Of a stretch of 64,000 nt of DNA, positions 36,591-49,524 are shown in pieces (within the stretch, counting starts at the first letter, position 1; each line of letters starts with the position of its first letter). The position numbers were made by a program, and so were the translations under genes. This stretch comes from Mobula hypostoma (taxonomy: Eukaryota), in NCBI RefSeq assembly GCF_963921235.1, contig NC_086097.1:160706001-160770000 (forward strand), in the 5' to 3' direction. The notes below the pieces were generated by a model, which was not told where the DNA came from, did not search any database, and was given only the letters and a program-made list of their open reading frames with translations.

Positions 36591-38458
36591 TTGCTCTCCT
36601 CTCCATCATGCCTTACGAGCCTGATTGAATTTTTTTGAGAATGTGACTAAACACATTAATGAAGGTAGAGCAGTAAGTGTAGTGTATATGAATTTCAGCA
36701 AGGCATTTGAAAAAGTACCCCCTGCAAGGCTTATTGAGAAAGTAAGGAGGCATGGGATCCAAGGGGACATTGCTTTATGGATCCAGAAATCGCTTGCCCA
36801 CAGAAGGCAAAGAGTGGTTGTAGACGGGTCATATTCTGCATGGAGGTCGGTCAACAGTGGTGTACCTCAGGGATCTGTTCTGGGACCCTTACTCTTCGTG
36901 ATTTTCATGTATGACCTGGATGAAGAAGTGGAGGGATGGATTAGTAAGTTTGCTGATGACACAAAGGTTGGGGGTGTTGTGGATAGTGTGAAGGGCTGTC
37001 AGAGGTTACAGCGGGACATTGTTAGGATGCAAAACTGGGCTGAGAAGTAGCAGATGGAGTTCAACCCAGATAAGTGTGAAGTGGTTCGTTTTGGTAGGTC
37101 AAATATTATGACAGAATATAGTATTAATGGTAGGACCCTTGGCAGTGTGGAGGATCAGAGGGATCTTGAGATCCGAGTCCATAGGACATTCAGAGCTGCT
37201 GCTGCTGCTATTGCAGGTTGACTCTGTGGTTAAGAAAGCATACGGTGCATTGTCCTTAATCAATTGTGGGATTGAGTTTGGGAGCCGAGAGGTAATGTTG
37301 CAGCTATATAGGACCCTGGTCAGACCCCACTTGGACTACTGTGCTCAGTTCTGGTCGCCTCACTATAGGAAGGATATGGAAACCATAGAAAGGATGCAGA
37401 GGAGATTTACAAGGATGTTGCCTGGATTAGGGAGCATGCCTTATGAGAATAAGTTGAGTAAACTTGGCCTTTTTTTCTTGGAGTGATGAAGGATGAGAGG
37501 TGACCTGATAGAGGTGTATAAGATGATGAGAGGCATTGATTGTGTGGATAGGCAGAGGCTTTTTCCCGGGGCGGAAATGACTGGCACAAGAGGGCACAGT
37601 TTTAAGGTGCTTGGAAGTATGTACAGAGGAGATAATCGGGGCAAGTTTTTTTATGCAGAGAGTGGTGAGTGCGTGGAATGGGCTGCCGGCAATGGTGGTG
37701 GAGGCGGATATGGTAAGGTCTTTCGGACGCTCCTGGACAGGTACATGGAGCTCAGAAAAATAGAGGGCTTTGAGTAACCTAGGTAATTTCTCAGGTAAGG
37801 ACATGTTCAGCACAGCTTTGTGGACCGAAGGCCTGTATTGTGCTGTAGGTTTTCTATGTTTCTGTTGCCTATGCCACTGTAATGTTATTATTCGGTGGCC
37901 GATAGACAACTCCTATGAGTGATATTTTCCCTTTACTATTCCTAATCTCTACCCAGATGGATTCAACATTCTGCTCCTTAGATCTTATATCGTTTCTCAC
38001 TATCGCCCTGATCTCATCTTTAATTAAGCGTGCTACCCCACCTCCCTTACCTTTCTGATATCCTTGGATTTTTAATTCCCAATCCTCTCCACCCTGCAAC
38101 CATGTCTCTGTAATGCCACTAAATCATACCTCCTTTGTATTGAAGTTCTCTGCCCTTGTTTTGAATACTACGGGTATTCAAATAAAGTCCCCTACACTCA
38201 TTGTGCTTTTAAAATCTTCTAATCTTTTACCCTTTTGCACTTGACTTTATTTCACTCCATTCTTACTTTTCTCTTTTATATCTTTTGTTAGGGACCAGTA
38301 CATCTTAGAGTTTCATGGAAATAATTTTTTGAAAAAGTATTTTAAAAATGGCAAACTACCATTTAACTGAGTAACAAATTATGTATTTAAATGAAATACA
38401 GAACAAATTGGAATGTTACCCATACTACTATGATACTATAAAACTGTGTATTAGTTCA

Positions 38459-38590
38459 TAAACATGAAGTCTGCAGATGCTGGAAATCCAAAGCAAGACA
38501 CAATGCTGGAGCAACTCAGCATGTCAGGCAGCATCCATGGAAATGAGTAAACAGTCAACGCTTCAGGCCGAGACCCTTCTTCAGAACTAT
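38459..38590 (-). mobile_element. PLE terminal fragment
   Basis: TCTGCAGATGCTGGAAATCC...CAGTCAACGCTTCAGGCCGAGACCCTTCTTCAGAACT. Confidence 0.75.
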
Positions 38591-41500
38591 AAGTTTGATA
38601 TTGTTATCAATGGATCAATTCATCCAGTATTCACTTCTGTGTTCTTTTGATTGACTTGCATGAACAAAATCAGTGTAGAGACTTCATGCAGATAGTAGAC
38701 TTCCTTCATTCATTTTCAATTGTTGTGTTTTCCAAATCTTCATTTTCATTGTAAAGTTCAAGATGATTATCAATACCTTCAAGTTCTTTGTGATTCCTAA
38801 CTTGTAGTAATGTAATCGTTTCATTTTCAGTCATGGCTGTTTCTGGTATCTTCAAGCCTAAGTGCTTGAAACTGCAGCTGGGTTGTGTCTCTGCTCATTT
38901 CTCACTAACTCACTGTGACAAAAATCACTGTTTTTTGAGCAGAAACACACATCACTAATGCTATTAAAAAAGAAATTGTTCGCTCTAAGCACAGTGTTGT
39001 CTAATGGCCTCACAAGTGCAAGCAACTAGTGCTAGTTAGAAACTGTCCCAGTTAAGCAAGATAATGTCCCAAATAAACAAAAGGAATTCCAGCTATTTTC
39101 TTGATTGGTTTTTGTTCTTTAAAAGGTGTTCCTAATTTATAGCTGCCCTGATTAACCAATGGCTCAATTAATTGAAATCCACTGTATCGACATTTCAGAA
39201 CATTAGTCCCACCATGCTCTTCCTTTGGATTCTAGATTTTGTAGCCTTAACAATATTTTTCCCCACAACCATTCCATTATCTGCTCTAGTGTCCTGGTTC
39301 CCATCTCCGTGCAACTGTAGTTTAACGCCTTCCCCCACCCCCCAATGCCCATGTAGCACTAGCAAAACTTCCTGCTAGGATATTAGTCCCCCTCCAGCTC
39401 AGGTTCAAACCCCATCCAGTGTGTACAGATCCCACCTTCCTTGGAAGAGCCCAATGATTCAGAAATCTGAAGCCCTCCTTCCTGTACCATCTCCTTATCC
39501 ACACTTGCTATGTCTTGCCTCACTAGAACGTGATATAGATAGCAATCCTGAGATCACAATTCTGATGGTCCTGTCCCTTAAACTAACTCCCAGAACTCAG
39601 TTTGCAGGACCTTATCACCCTTCCTAACCATGTTATTGGGACTGACGTGGACACGACCTGTGGCTGCTCACCCTCCCAATTAAGAATGTTATGCATTCAA
39701 TACCAGATCTCCCTGACCCTGGCACATACCATCTGGGAATTTAATTCTCGTACACAGAACCTTTTGTCTGTTCCCTTAACCATTGCATCCCCATCACTGC
39801 AGCTCACCTCTTCTCTTACGCCCCCCACCCACCCCCCACTCCTCATTTCCCTTCTGAGCCTCAGAGCCAAAGTGTCAGAAACCTGACTGATGTGACTTTC
39901 CTCTGCTAGATTATTTCCCCCACCCTCATCCTCCCAACAGTATCCAAAGCAGTATGTATATGTATACTTGGCGGGGGTGGGGAGGGGAGAAATGACCACA
40001 GAGGTACTCTGCACTGGCTGCCTATCTCCTTTCTCCCCCAATGGTGTGTCAATAATAAACCAGCTAACCAAATTAGATGCTTTTTTTGAGTTCATTTGTA
40101 CGTGCTCCATTTGTACTTGTGTGTTTTAAATTGTTAAGCAATGATTTCTTCACTTAAATTCTAAGATGACGTCAAGCCTGACCCCCTCACCACCCCACTT
40201 CCAAACATAAATTTAAGCATACAAAACAGTATGGAAAGAGCGCTGCTTCTGTAGAAGTATGGTACTCTGGAGAGCTGCTCCAACATAGGTGTGGAGGGAG
40301 AAGTGCTTTGGCAGAGGTTACACCAAACTTGTACCAATGTGCAGTTAAAGTTCCCAGGGTATTCCTTGGGAGGAAAAAAAAAGTAAATATTTATTTTTTT
40401 ATGTCAAGTTACTACTCATTTTCTTGCTTTGAATTTATATAGTTGCAAAGGATGACTTTTGATTCAGCTGTTAAATTTGTTGAATAATTTCAGATCTGAT
40501 GATAGAGTATGAAATCGAGTATATTTTCTAATCTTTATGTAAATCAATATCTTCTGTATTTTCTTTATCAATTGTTATAATTCATGATGTGCTTATATTT
40601 CGTGCACAGACTCGCCCACAATATGTCAAATTTTCTTTTCTCACTGCCGTAACTTGGTAAAAGATGTTTCAAAAGTAGGTCACCTTATAGTATTAAAGTG
40701 ACCATATATTTTTCAGATGCCTCTCTCAAAATGCAGAGATTTTTTGATGAAAGATAGTCAAAGTAAATTTATTATCAAAGTACCTCCACGTCTATCGAAT
40801 AGTGGGAAAACCTGGTTAATGGTATCAATGATGCATGCAATTTTATGCTATGAAGAGAGGTTGAAATTAACAATTGATCACTGCATCCCAGAAATCAAAA
40901 CTCACTTGGCTGAAGTTATTCGTTCATGCTAAAAGACCGTTCTATGAACCAATCTTAAAAAAAATAAAACTTTGGCCTTTAGTCTTAAATTGTAAATGTA
41001 TTCCATATCTTCCAGACTGTTCCTGCATTTTTATCACATTAGTGTACCTTACAGATTGCGAATGCGCCCTCATTTGCTGTGCACCCATTCTAGCTAGTCC
41101 TTGTCCCCTAATCCATTTATGTGTAGAAATAAAAATTTGCATCGTGTACTGTTTTTTAATAAAATGAAATTGTCCTAGACAAAGGAATGCCAAAAATAAT
41201 TGCCTGATTATTTTAGAAGAAAATCTATAGTTCTTCTAACTAGGTATTCACTGTCAATAGTCATCTAAAAATGAGTAAATTATGTTCTACATTTATTGTC
41301 TCTTTTGCTCTGTCTAATATCCACACTTAACCTCACTTATCAACCATGACTTGCTTAACTGTGAGGTAGTTTCAAACCATATCTGAGCACTCTCTGTGCT
41401 GGGTTGTGCAAATTCATGTACTGGTGTCAAAGAATAATAAAAAAATTATTTGGTTGTGCCATTTGTGGAAAAAGTTCTAATATCCAGGAATTGTATTCAG

Positions 41501-43477
41501 ATGGAATTAAGTCTCTCATGAAAAACTGCAGGATAAGTACAAATTCTGTGTAGGGAGTATAGAGAGTTATCATGAATTAGAAATATTTAAATATAGCTCA
41601 GAAGGTGATCTACTTTCTGAAATGTGCACTCAGTCAAGACTAAAAAGAAGTCATTTCACCATTGTTCTTTTAACAACAAAAAATCATTTAAAACCTAGGC
41701 AGGTTGCCAGTGCAATTTTTTTATATTTAAACCTGCACACTAGAACAGTGAGCTTTAGGAATGTGGTATGGGCTTATTGTATAGCAGCCTTTCTCATCCT
41801 TTTTGCTTGGGAGGAACTCGTAAAATAATTTTCAGGTCTCGGAGAACCCCTGTGTTTTTTAAAAATTATATCTGCAGCTTATGGTACGTTAGTGTGATCA
41901 GCAAGTTGTAGATGTTGTAATCCAAAAATTATTGTCAATATTCTTGAGTAGAGAATGAATTTTTAGCCAACCGTTCTTGAGAGGGAAGAAAACAATTAGT
42001 TAAGTGTCTTGAAATTAATCTCTTTCTTTCCCTTTCATAAATTTTTAAAACTTGTAAGGCAAACATAATTTCTGTTAAATATCTGGCTTAAGCCAAAGTG
42101 GTATTTAATTTTTCTGAAGGTAGGCTCGGTAGATTTAATTTAAATGAAGGTTGTAACTCGATTCTATTTACAACATGAAAATTTATTGACAATGCTGAGC
42201 AGTAAAATTACTAAAAACCATAAGCCAAAGCAATTTGAATGAAAATATAGCCTTCAACACAGTTTTATACAAGACTTTGAAAAAACATTTTCATACTAAG
42301 TGACATGATCAGGCTCAAGTATAGGCCTAGCATGTGAAACCGGTGCCTGCTTTTTGCTACACAATTACTCAGTATTGGGTCGAACTTGAGATAAGCACAC
42401 ACAGATTTCACTTTCAACTGAAATGAGATGATCTTGGAAACCGCAGCAAAATGTGCGTTTCTTTCCTATGAATAGGACACTCTTCTTTCACAAAAATCCA
42501 TATCTTCACGTAAATCACTATCTTCTGTATTTTTGCTTATCAATTGTTATAATTCATGATGTGCTTTATATCTGCTCTGGATTTCTGTGAGTGTCCTGCA
42601 ATGTGCATTTTACTGCGGTTTACAGAACTCCAGGGGCAGGTCAGTAAATCTCATCCTGAGTACACGATCAGACTGCATCTCTCAAAGTTCTTCCTCTTCT
42701 CTCAAAGTCAAGTTCTCAGGGTCCCTCACCCAGTCATATACTTGTGTTGAAAGGAAGGAAAAATACTGTTCAATTTTGTTCTGCAGTTCTTCCAAGTGGT
42801 TTTCAATAAGACTCAAGACTTCCTGATCCTTCCTGACTCAAGCCCAAGCAACAGTGGAAACATTTCAAGATTTTCTTTGGCAACATGATTTTTCCAAACA
42901 TTCGGTTTCCTTTTAAATCCAAGAATTTTGTCACTTGCAGGCAAAACATTTTCTCCAGGGCCTTGCAGAGACTTGTTCAACTGATTCATACGAGGGAAAA
43001 ATGTCTGCTAAGTAGGCTAGTTTCTGCAGCCACTCTTCATCCTCAAACAACTCAGCAAAATCTATTTCTTGAAAATACTCCTACAATTCACATTTCAGTC
43101 CAAATACCCTGTTGAGAACTCTTCCTCTGCTAAGCCACTGGATGTCTGTATGTAGTAGGAGATCGGTGTGCTTTTTGTCCAGGTTTTCAGTTTTTTAAAC
43201 ATTCTCTAGTAAACTGGTCTTTGTTTAATAAAGTTCATCATTTTTGTAGTATCATCCAGAACTTCTTTCATTTATCTCCGAGTTTTTGACATCAGAACCT
43301 CTCTGAAGAAAGTAGTGTGTTGTGATACCGTCAGGATTTTCTTTTTTTTACAAGGGGGACAAAACCTGTCATGGAGTGAACCATTGATGGGGCATCATCA
43401 GTACCGATGCCAGCACAGTTCCTCCAAGACAGACCTTTTGTTTCCAGATATGAAAATAAAACAGAGTTATGGGTTTG

Positions 43478-43700
43478 TTTCACACAGAGAATGGTGGGTG
43501 CGTGGAATGCACTGCCGGCGGCGGTGGTGGAAGCGGATACAATAAGGTCTTCTAAGAGCCTCTTAGATAGGTACATGGGGCTTAGAAAAATGGAGGACTA
43601 TGCACGAGGGAAATTCTAGGCAGTCTCTAGAGTAGATTACATGGTCGGCACAACATTGTGGGCCGAAGGGTGTATAATGTGCTGTAAATTTCTATGTTCT
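43478..43700 (+). mobile_element. CR1 3' tip inserted in the hAT element
   Basis: FTQRMVGAWNALP and a TTTCTATGTTCT tail. Confidence 0.85.
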
Positions 43701-43959
43701 AAAACATTAAATATATTTTGGCCTTTGCTTTTTCTCAGGCAGCTTTTTACCACAGAAAAAATTTTCTTGAATTTCGCCATCATTTTCAAATCTTACAAAT
43801 GCTACAACATGACATGTATCGGTGAGATCTGTTGACCTATCAACCTGGATAGAGAAGCTGTTGTTTTTCAGTTTATCACATAAAACCTCTTCAGCATCAT
43901 GTGACATGTCATTAATATGTTGTCTTATTGTACTGTTTGAGAGTGGCTGCCTTCTCACC

Positions 43960-44913
43960 CAAACAAAAACATGCAAGAGCCTATTCTTGAGCTACTATAC
44001 GTGAGTGACTATGCTCTTCTCACGCACACAGAGGACGCACTACAAGTTGCAGTCACAGGTCACCAAGGCTGCTAGGGCTTTCAGGTTAATGGTCAGTCTA
44101 AGGAAAACTATGATCCTCCATCCAAAGCCCATTGGTGCTGTTTACAACCCACCTCAAATCACCATTAATGACCACCCTCTCACAGTTGACCTACCTGGGC
44201 AGCGTCATCTCCAACAATCCTACAGTAGTAAATGGCATTGGAAATAGGCTTGACAGAGCTAGCAGTACCTTCAGGCACCTCCAGAAATGTGTGGAAGAAC
44301 CAGCAGCCGTGTCTGTCCACAAAATTTCAGGTGTACAGGTTTGCTGTCGTCACAACACTGCTATACGGCTCTGAAGCCCGAGTCTTGTATTGCAAGCAAA
44401 TCTGGTTGCTCAAGTGCTTCCATCAGCGCTGCCTCTGCTCCATCATGGGTATCAGCTGGCAGGATCGCATCCTCAACAACAATGTCCTGGACAAGGCTCA
44501 ACTTCCAAGCATTGAAGTCACTTTGCTGCTCAGGTAGCTCCATTGGCCAGGCCACGTGTCTTGCATGGACAACTCCAGGTTACAGAAAGCAATTCTCTAC
44601 AGCTCTCTCAGCAGCTCTCTTGGGCAAATATTGAGGTCGAGGAGTGGCAGCAACTGGCTTCTGACAGAGATCGCTGGAGAACACGGCGTAGCCATAATTT
44701 TTGAGGAATCCAGAGGAGTTACTGCTGAAGAGAAGAGGAGATACAGGAAGGATCCTACTACCCAAGCACCCACATCCAGCTGTTCCCATGTTCCTACTGC
44801 TTCAGAGTCTGCAGATCCAGAATTGGGCTCTACAGTTACCAACGATGGTGCCATCACTCCTGAGGGCTCTTCTTCCTTCCTGATCTTCACAAGAAAAGAA
44901 CCAGCCATCATCA
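43960..44913 (+). mobile_element. RTE-clade LINE 3' fragment inserted in the hAT element
   Basis: TYLGSVIS, VYRFAVVTTLLYGSE, FHQRCLCSIMGISWQD. Ends in (CAT)n. Confidence 0.8.
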
Positions 44914-46399
44914 TTGAGTGTGAAACATTTTCAATTTCTCATACCACATCTTGTCCTCGCACTTTACCCACTATAATTTTACGTGCTGATGTTGTTAGGT
45001 TCTCACCAACAGTGTGAGTTTTCCTTTTCTGGGTAATAAGTTCTGCTACTAAATAACTTGCTTCCTGTACTTTCTACTGACTGTGACCTTGTTAACAAAA
45101 GCTTTACTCTGTTTTGAGATTCCAATAGCCGTTTAAAAATAATCAGCAATTTATGTGTCGTATAGCTGTGTCTTCAATTTTGCTGGAGCTATTGCTGCAT
45201 TTGCAAGTTGTTTGCCACAGATGAGGCACAATGGAATAGGACAACTTGGATCACCAGTCCATGTAAAACCCATTGATTGGTAGCTTTCATGTAAAGACTG
45301 ACTTCCCTAGGTCTATTTTTGCACTAGAACAGTGAAATGACTCAGATGATTATAATTCAAAAATCACCAGATTGGACCATCAGACATGTCTGTAAAACAC
45401 ACTTCACGTTCCTCATCAGCCTACAGTCCTCCCCTCTGTGCAATTAACAACAGCACTCACTGATTATCAACAGCCTTCCCTATCTCGCTTCTAAAACTGA
45501 GAATGGACTCAACCAAATAAACCTGGTCCTCCTGCGCAATGCCATACTGGGTTAGAGAGCTCTAACAAGATTGCTAGCAGGTCTGCTCGGTCACTACCCA
45601 CCACTTCATGCGCTGGCATCGCACATTGCACGTTGTGCAAAATTCAAAATACAATCTTTTTAAAATCACGATCTCTCGTGGAACCCCACTTGAGAAACCC
45701 TGTCCTAAAGAGACAAAGTAAGTAAATGAATTGGGGATCTCTACTGGTGATGTTCCCGGTGCTAGTAATACCCTTTAAATCTGAGATATCCCTTAAATCC
45801 TTCTGTAAACCATATAGTACAGTACAGGGACAGGCCCTTTGGCCCATCATGATGCCAGTCTAACTAATCATATGTGCTTCCATATCCTCCTTATCTCTCT
45901 CTTAGCTGTCTGTCACTGTTTCCTTTAAGCTGCATTGGAGCACGGCTCTCAGTAACTGAAATGCTCCTGTGCACATAGCCTCTGTTGCTGCATAGCTGGA
46001 ACAAGTTTAGGAAGTGTAAAATGTAAGATATGTACTGTATTTCATTATACGCTTCAATTAATAAAATCAAAAGCATGTGATTTTTCTATTTTCATTCTAA
46101 ATATTCATAATATGCATATACAAAAATATGCATTTAACGTGCTGCATAGTTTTCAGGCTGTGTTTTTTTAAAAAAAATTCCTGCTCAGAGCAATGGTTGG
46201 TCCGCACAGCTGTTTTTAAAAAAAACAATTGGAAGGTTGCTGCCTATCATATCTGCTTCTGCTGTTTCCCTTGGCAATGTTATGGAAATCTTGATGTTCT
46301 GAGTGTTCAAAATCCAACACATCAAAACAGAAAGATTTTAAAAGAATATTAATTGTGTAGGGATTGTGTCACCTATGACACAAACAATCCACTCATGTC

Positions 46400-47000
46400 T
46401 TTTCTATTATTTCTGCAGTCTAATTACCAGAATATGATCAATAAGTCTTCTCTTTGGAAAAAAATCTATATGGCTTTGTAGAGGAGAAATCATAGTTGAT
46501 CAATTTATTGGACATCTTTGACAAAATAGCATGCACTGAAAATGTGCAATTTGTATATTTCTGGAAAGCATTTTAAAAGATGGGGCATTAAACATTATTT
46601 AGGAAGAGAAATCATAATATAAAAGATAAATAACAATTTGGGATGGGCTAAAGATATGTAGACACATCAAAGGGTTTTGTTCTGGTTGGCAAGATACAAT
46701 GAGTGATGTGAGTGCTGGCGTAACATTTTACAATTTATGTAAATGACTGGGATGAGTGTGTCAAAGAGACTATTACTAAAGTTTGTTGATAGCACATTGG
46801 CAGGAGGACATAAGGAAGGAAAAAGTGATACAGAAAAGTTAAGTTCACGGACAAAGGAGTAAATGTACTGTAAATTTGCTCACCTTTATGGGGGAGAAAA
46901 AGCATATCATGTAAATGTTGAGAGATTGCAGAACTCGCAGAATCTGAGTGTCCTAATGCATGATTGGAAGAATGCTAGTGAAGAGCACCTGCAGACAATT
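46400..47000 (+). mobile_element. Very old CR1 RT remnant
   Basis: Decayed LVFLESILK, TIYVNDWDE and KFVDST-like segments. Boundaries uncertain. Confidence 0.45.
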
Positions 47001-47745
47001 TGTTGTGAGAGAAAATTGAAGGAAATTAAAGTCCAAGTAAGTTTTAAAATAACAAACTGTCAAATTCTGGCACCTATAGTATCTTGCTTTTAAGAGGTTT
47101 TTTTTAAAACTCTGGTGACACTCTCCAATTGCTAGAATAGACCCCGGCTGCAGAGAGCTGAACAATTTTTTCCTTTTGTTTAGACACACAAATTGTCAAA
47201 GTGTGTGAAAGGAAGGAAATTGTATTTGTTCAGCTAACATTAGGTAAATATAAATAACAATTACATTGTACAATTTAGGGCTTGAATTTTTCACTTCTAT
47301 TCCACAAAAGCTAGAAAAATATTCCCATACGACACATTGGAAGATTTGTTCACTTTTCTGCAGTAATCATCAGCCGCAGAATTCAGAATGCTGCATTTGC
47401 TTCTCAAAAGTTTCATTTAAACTACAGGCAAACTTTGCATTACAGAGCAGTTGTGTTCCTGGAAATCCATCCATATCATGCTTTTCCATAATGTGAAGCC
47501 TAATTTCCTATTGAATCCCATGTTTTAATTGGAGATGAATTTCTACATGATGTTTTTCTCTCAACGGTAATGAAAGTAGTGTAGCTCACTAGACCAAAAG
47601 CAAACTGCAAGTGAATGTGGTAAGTGATATGGAGAGAGGGAATAAGGGGCAGATGGAGCCAGGAGGGTGGAGGTACATGGCACTCTCTTGTGTTTCCATA
47701 TCACCTTCCACCCTTCAGTTTGAAAGGAGATGTGCACTTTTAAAT

Positions 47746-47888
47746 GCATATCAAATATAGATGAGGTGTTTAATGATATAACTCACAACAAGTAATAGTT
47801 AGCATATCAAATATAAGCAAGATAGCTTAGTGATATAACTCACAACAAATAACAGTTGGCATATCAAATATAAGCAAGATTCCTTAGC
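47746..47888 (+). repeat. Tandem repeat, ~56-57-bp unit x2.5
   Basis: GCATATCAAATATA recurs at 47746, 47802 and 47859, and TGATATAACTCACAACAA occurs twice. Confidence 0.85.
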
Positions 47889-48389
47889 AAAATACCTTTG
47901 TGTGGTTGTTTAGATTTACAACTTGAACTTAAACTTGCTTGCTTTGTTTTCAGACATTTTGAGGGTAAATAATATGGAAAACTCTTGGGGGAGGGGAGTG
48001 AGGAAGGAAAACTGCTAGGCAGCAATATGTTCCTACTATGCTAAAACAAAGCGACACTGCTCGTGTCAAGATGTGCATGCTGAAGGTGATGAAAATAAAA
48101 TTAGTTTCATTTGCTTTGTTTACCTTTTCCCTGCACTAAAATATTGCAGGAGCAAATTTTAATTTGTATTTCATATTTTCGGTTAATGATTCAAATCACA
48201 TGCAATTAAATAGTTGAATGTAAAAACTCATATTGTTCAAGTACTTACTTGATTATTGAGATTAAGTTGCTTAATGGTGTGAATTAGTTAATATTTAATC
48301 TGGAAGCCCTGTACAAAATGATGCACTTGAGATGTTATTTGTTTTCTGTAAGGAATATCTTTAATCATTTGAAATGTTTTTAAATTGTA

Positions 48390-48670
48390 AATTAGTTTAT
48401 CATGGCACATGTACTGAGGTACAGTGAAAAATTTTTGTGTGCCATCCATACAGATCATTTCTCATTGCAATCGGTACATTGAGGTAGTGCAAGGCAAACA
48501 ATAACAGAATGTAAAGTGTTACACTTACAAAGTAAGCAGACAATAAGGTGCAAGGCCATAAGGAGGTAGATTATGATGTCAATCTTAATGTACTTATGGG
48601 ACTGTTCAGTAGCCTTATAACAATGGGGTAAAAGCTGTACTTGAGTCTGATGGTGCATACAGCCTTTTAT
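48390..48670 (-). mobile_element. Rex1-type 3' end / related SINE tail
   Basis: Minus strand has CACCATCAGACTCAAGTACAGCTTTTACCCCATTGTTATAAGGCTACTGAAC, resembling the Rex1 C-terminal SF.P..IRLLN. Confidence 0.55.
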
Positions 48671-49427
48671 CTTGTGCTATTGTCAGCATGATAACAAAAC
48701 CAATTATTTTTAAAGCGAAGTTTATAAATGTTTAAGTTAAAATAAAATGCTGCATCTATCAAACTAAATGTTTACACACTTCGTTAAAATTAACTCTATA
48801 ACAAGAAATTGTACTGGTAATGAAAAAGTATGCTCAGGGGTCAAAGAGCATTTTAAAAGTGGAGAGTCACTGAGATGCTTTACAGAATTTCAGCACTGGC
48901 AAAATGAAAAGCATGAATACTCAAACCAGATGTTAGAATACAATAGTTATCAATGGACTTTAAAGTTTGAGATTGGAAAGCCTAATCGAGCATAAGAATG
49001 AAAGTCCTGAACTTTTGGGCTATTGTTGGAACTGGAGATGATAAAGCCATTGATATCATGCTTAATTGGGCTTTGGTGGTGATAATGCAGGGAGCGTGTA
49101 AAGTTTGGAATAACTCTACTTAACAAAATGTTAAATATTTGTTGTCAGTATTTGATTTCCGGCAAAAGATAGGAATGAAGTAGTGGGATCCTTATTGCCA
49201 GTACTATGTGACATCTAGTTCATAACCATGTTCTCAATATGTCAATACCGATGATAACTGTTTTACCTTTTCTAATCCAAATGTTCTAAATAAGATAATT
49301 GTCAAATATTTTCTTTTATTGGACTTCTTCAATTAGTGAGTATACCTATTAAAATATCTAGCCAATGTTGGATATTTTTTAAAGAGCTTTATAGTTGTTT
49401 CCTGTTCATTTTTTATTCTTTCTGAAG

Positions 49428-49516
49428 AATTGCATTTCATTCTCTTGCCAGTTTTCCCTCTTGGCGACAGCCAGAATCTTTACTGTGATAAGTATTTGAA
49501 ATGGATGTTTATATAG
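49428..49516 (+). other. Candidate host exon (unverified)
   Basis: Pyrimidine tract + AAG acceptor at 49427, with an alternative CAG at 49451. Frame reads LHFILLPVFPLGDSQNLYC. No strong donor seen. Confidence 0.25.
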
Positions 49517-49524
49517 AGTCGATA

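Larger units (their letters stand above)
32606..37858 (+). mobile_element. Near-full-length CR1 (ORF1 esterase + decayed ORF2)
   Basis: ORF1 SGNH-esterase motifs VIGDS, HIGTND and DGLYL. ORF2 EN and RT motifs. Tail TTTTCTATGTTTCT. TSD TTTCTGT at 32599-32605 and 37859-37865. Confidence 0.9.
28863..38290 (-). mobile_element. CR1 LINE (decayed ORF2) in three pieces: 28863-30644, 31935-32598, 37866-38290
   Basis: (CATAAGAA) tail at 28863. RT motifs (ORF 29910-30554) and EN motifs (GVVYRPPN in ORF 37869-38099) are collinear across the inserts. Confidence 0.85.
28838..39184. mobile_element. pogo/Tigger-like non-autonomous DNA transposon, expanded by nested insertions
   Basis: TA-flanked (28836-28837, 39185-39186). 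Imperfect TIRs CAGTGGAAACTTGTTAATTGGGAC / CAGTGGATTTCAATTAATTGAGCC. Body at about 38290-39184. Confidence 0.65.
28440..40060 (-). mobile_element. Old CR1 5' portion (EN start + ORF1), outer layer of the nested stack
   Basis: Joining 39187 to 28835 across the TA restores L-K-C-R-Y-F-D-A-S-S (CR1 EN start). ORF1 esterase remnants at 39320-39800 (GDAMVKGTDKRFC). Confidence 0.7.
41785..45702 (-). mobile_element. Decayed hAT (Charlie/Buster-type) transposon
   Basis: Termini CAGCCTTTCTCA / TGAGAAACCCTG with flanks TTGTATAG / TCCTAAAG. Transposase remnants IRQHINDMSHD..FSIQVDRSTD..VAFVRF and CAGIGTDDAPSM. Confidence 0.75.

Noticed and set aside
43707..43976. Domesticated hAT-derived host gene (ZBED8/SCAND3-like)
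   Set aside because: The transposase is broken by stops, frameshifts and two LINE insertions, and is still bounded by TIRs.
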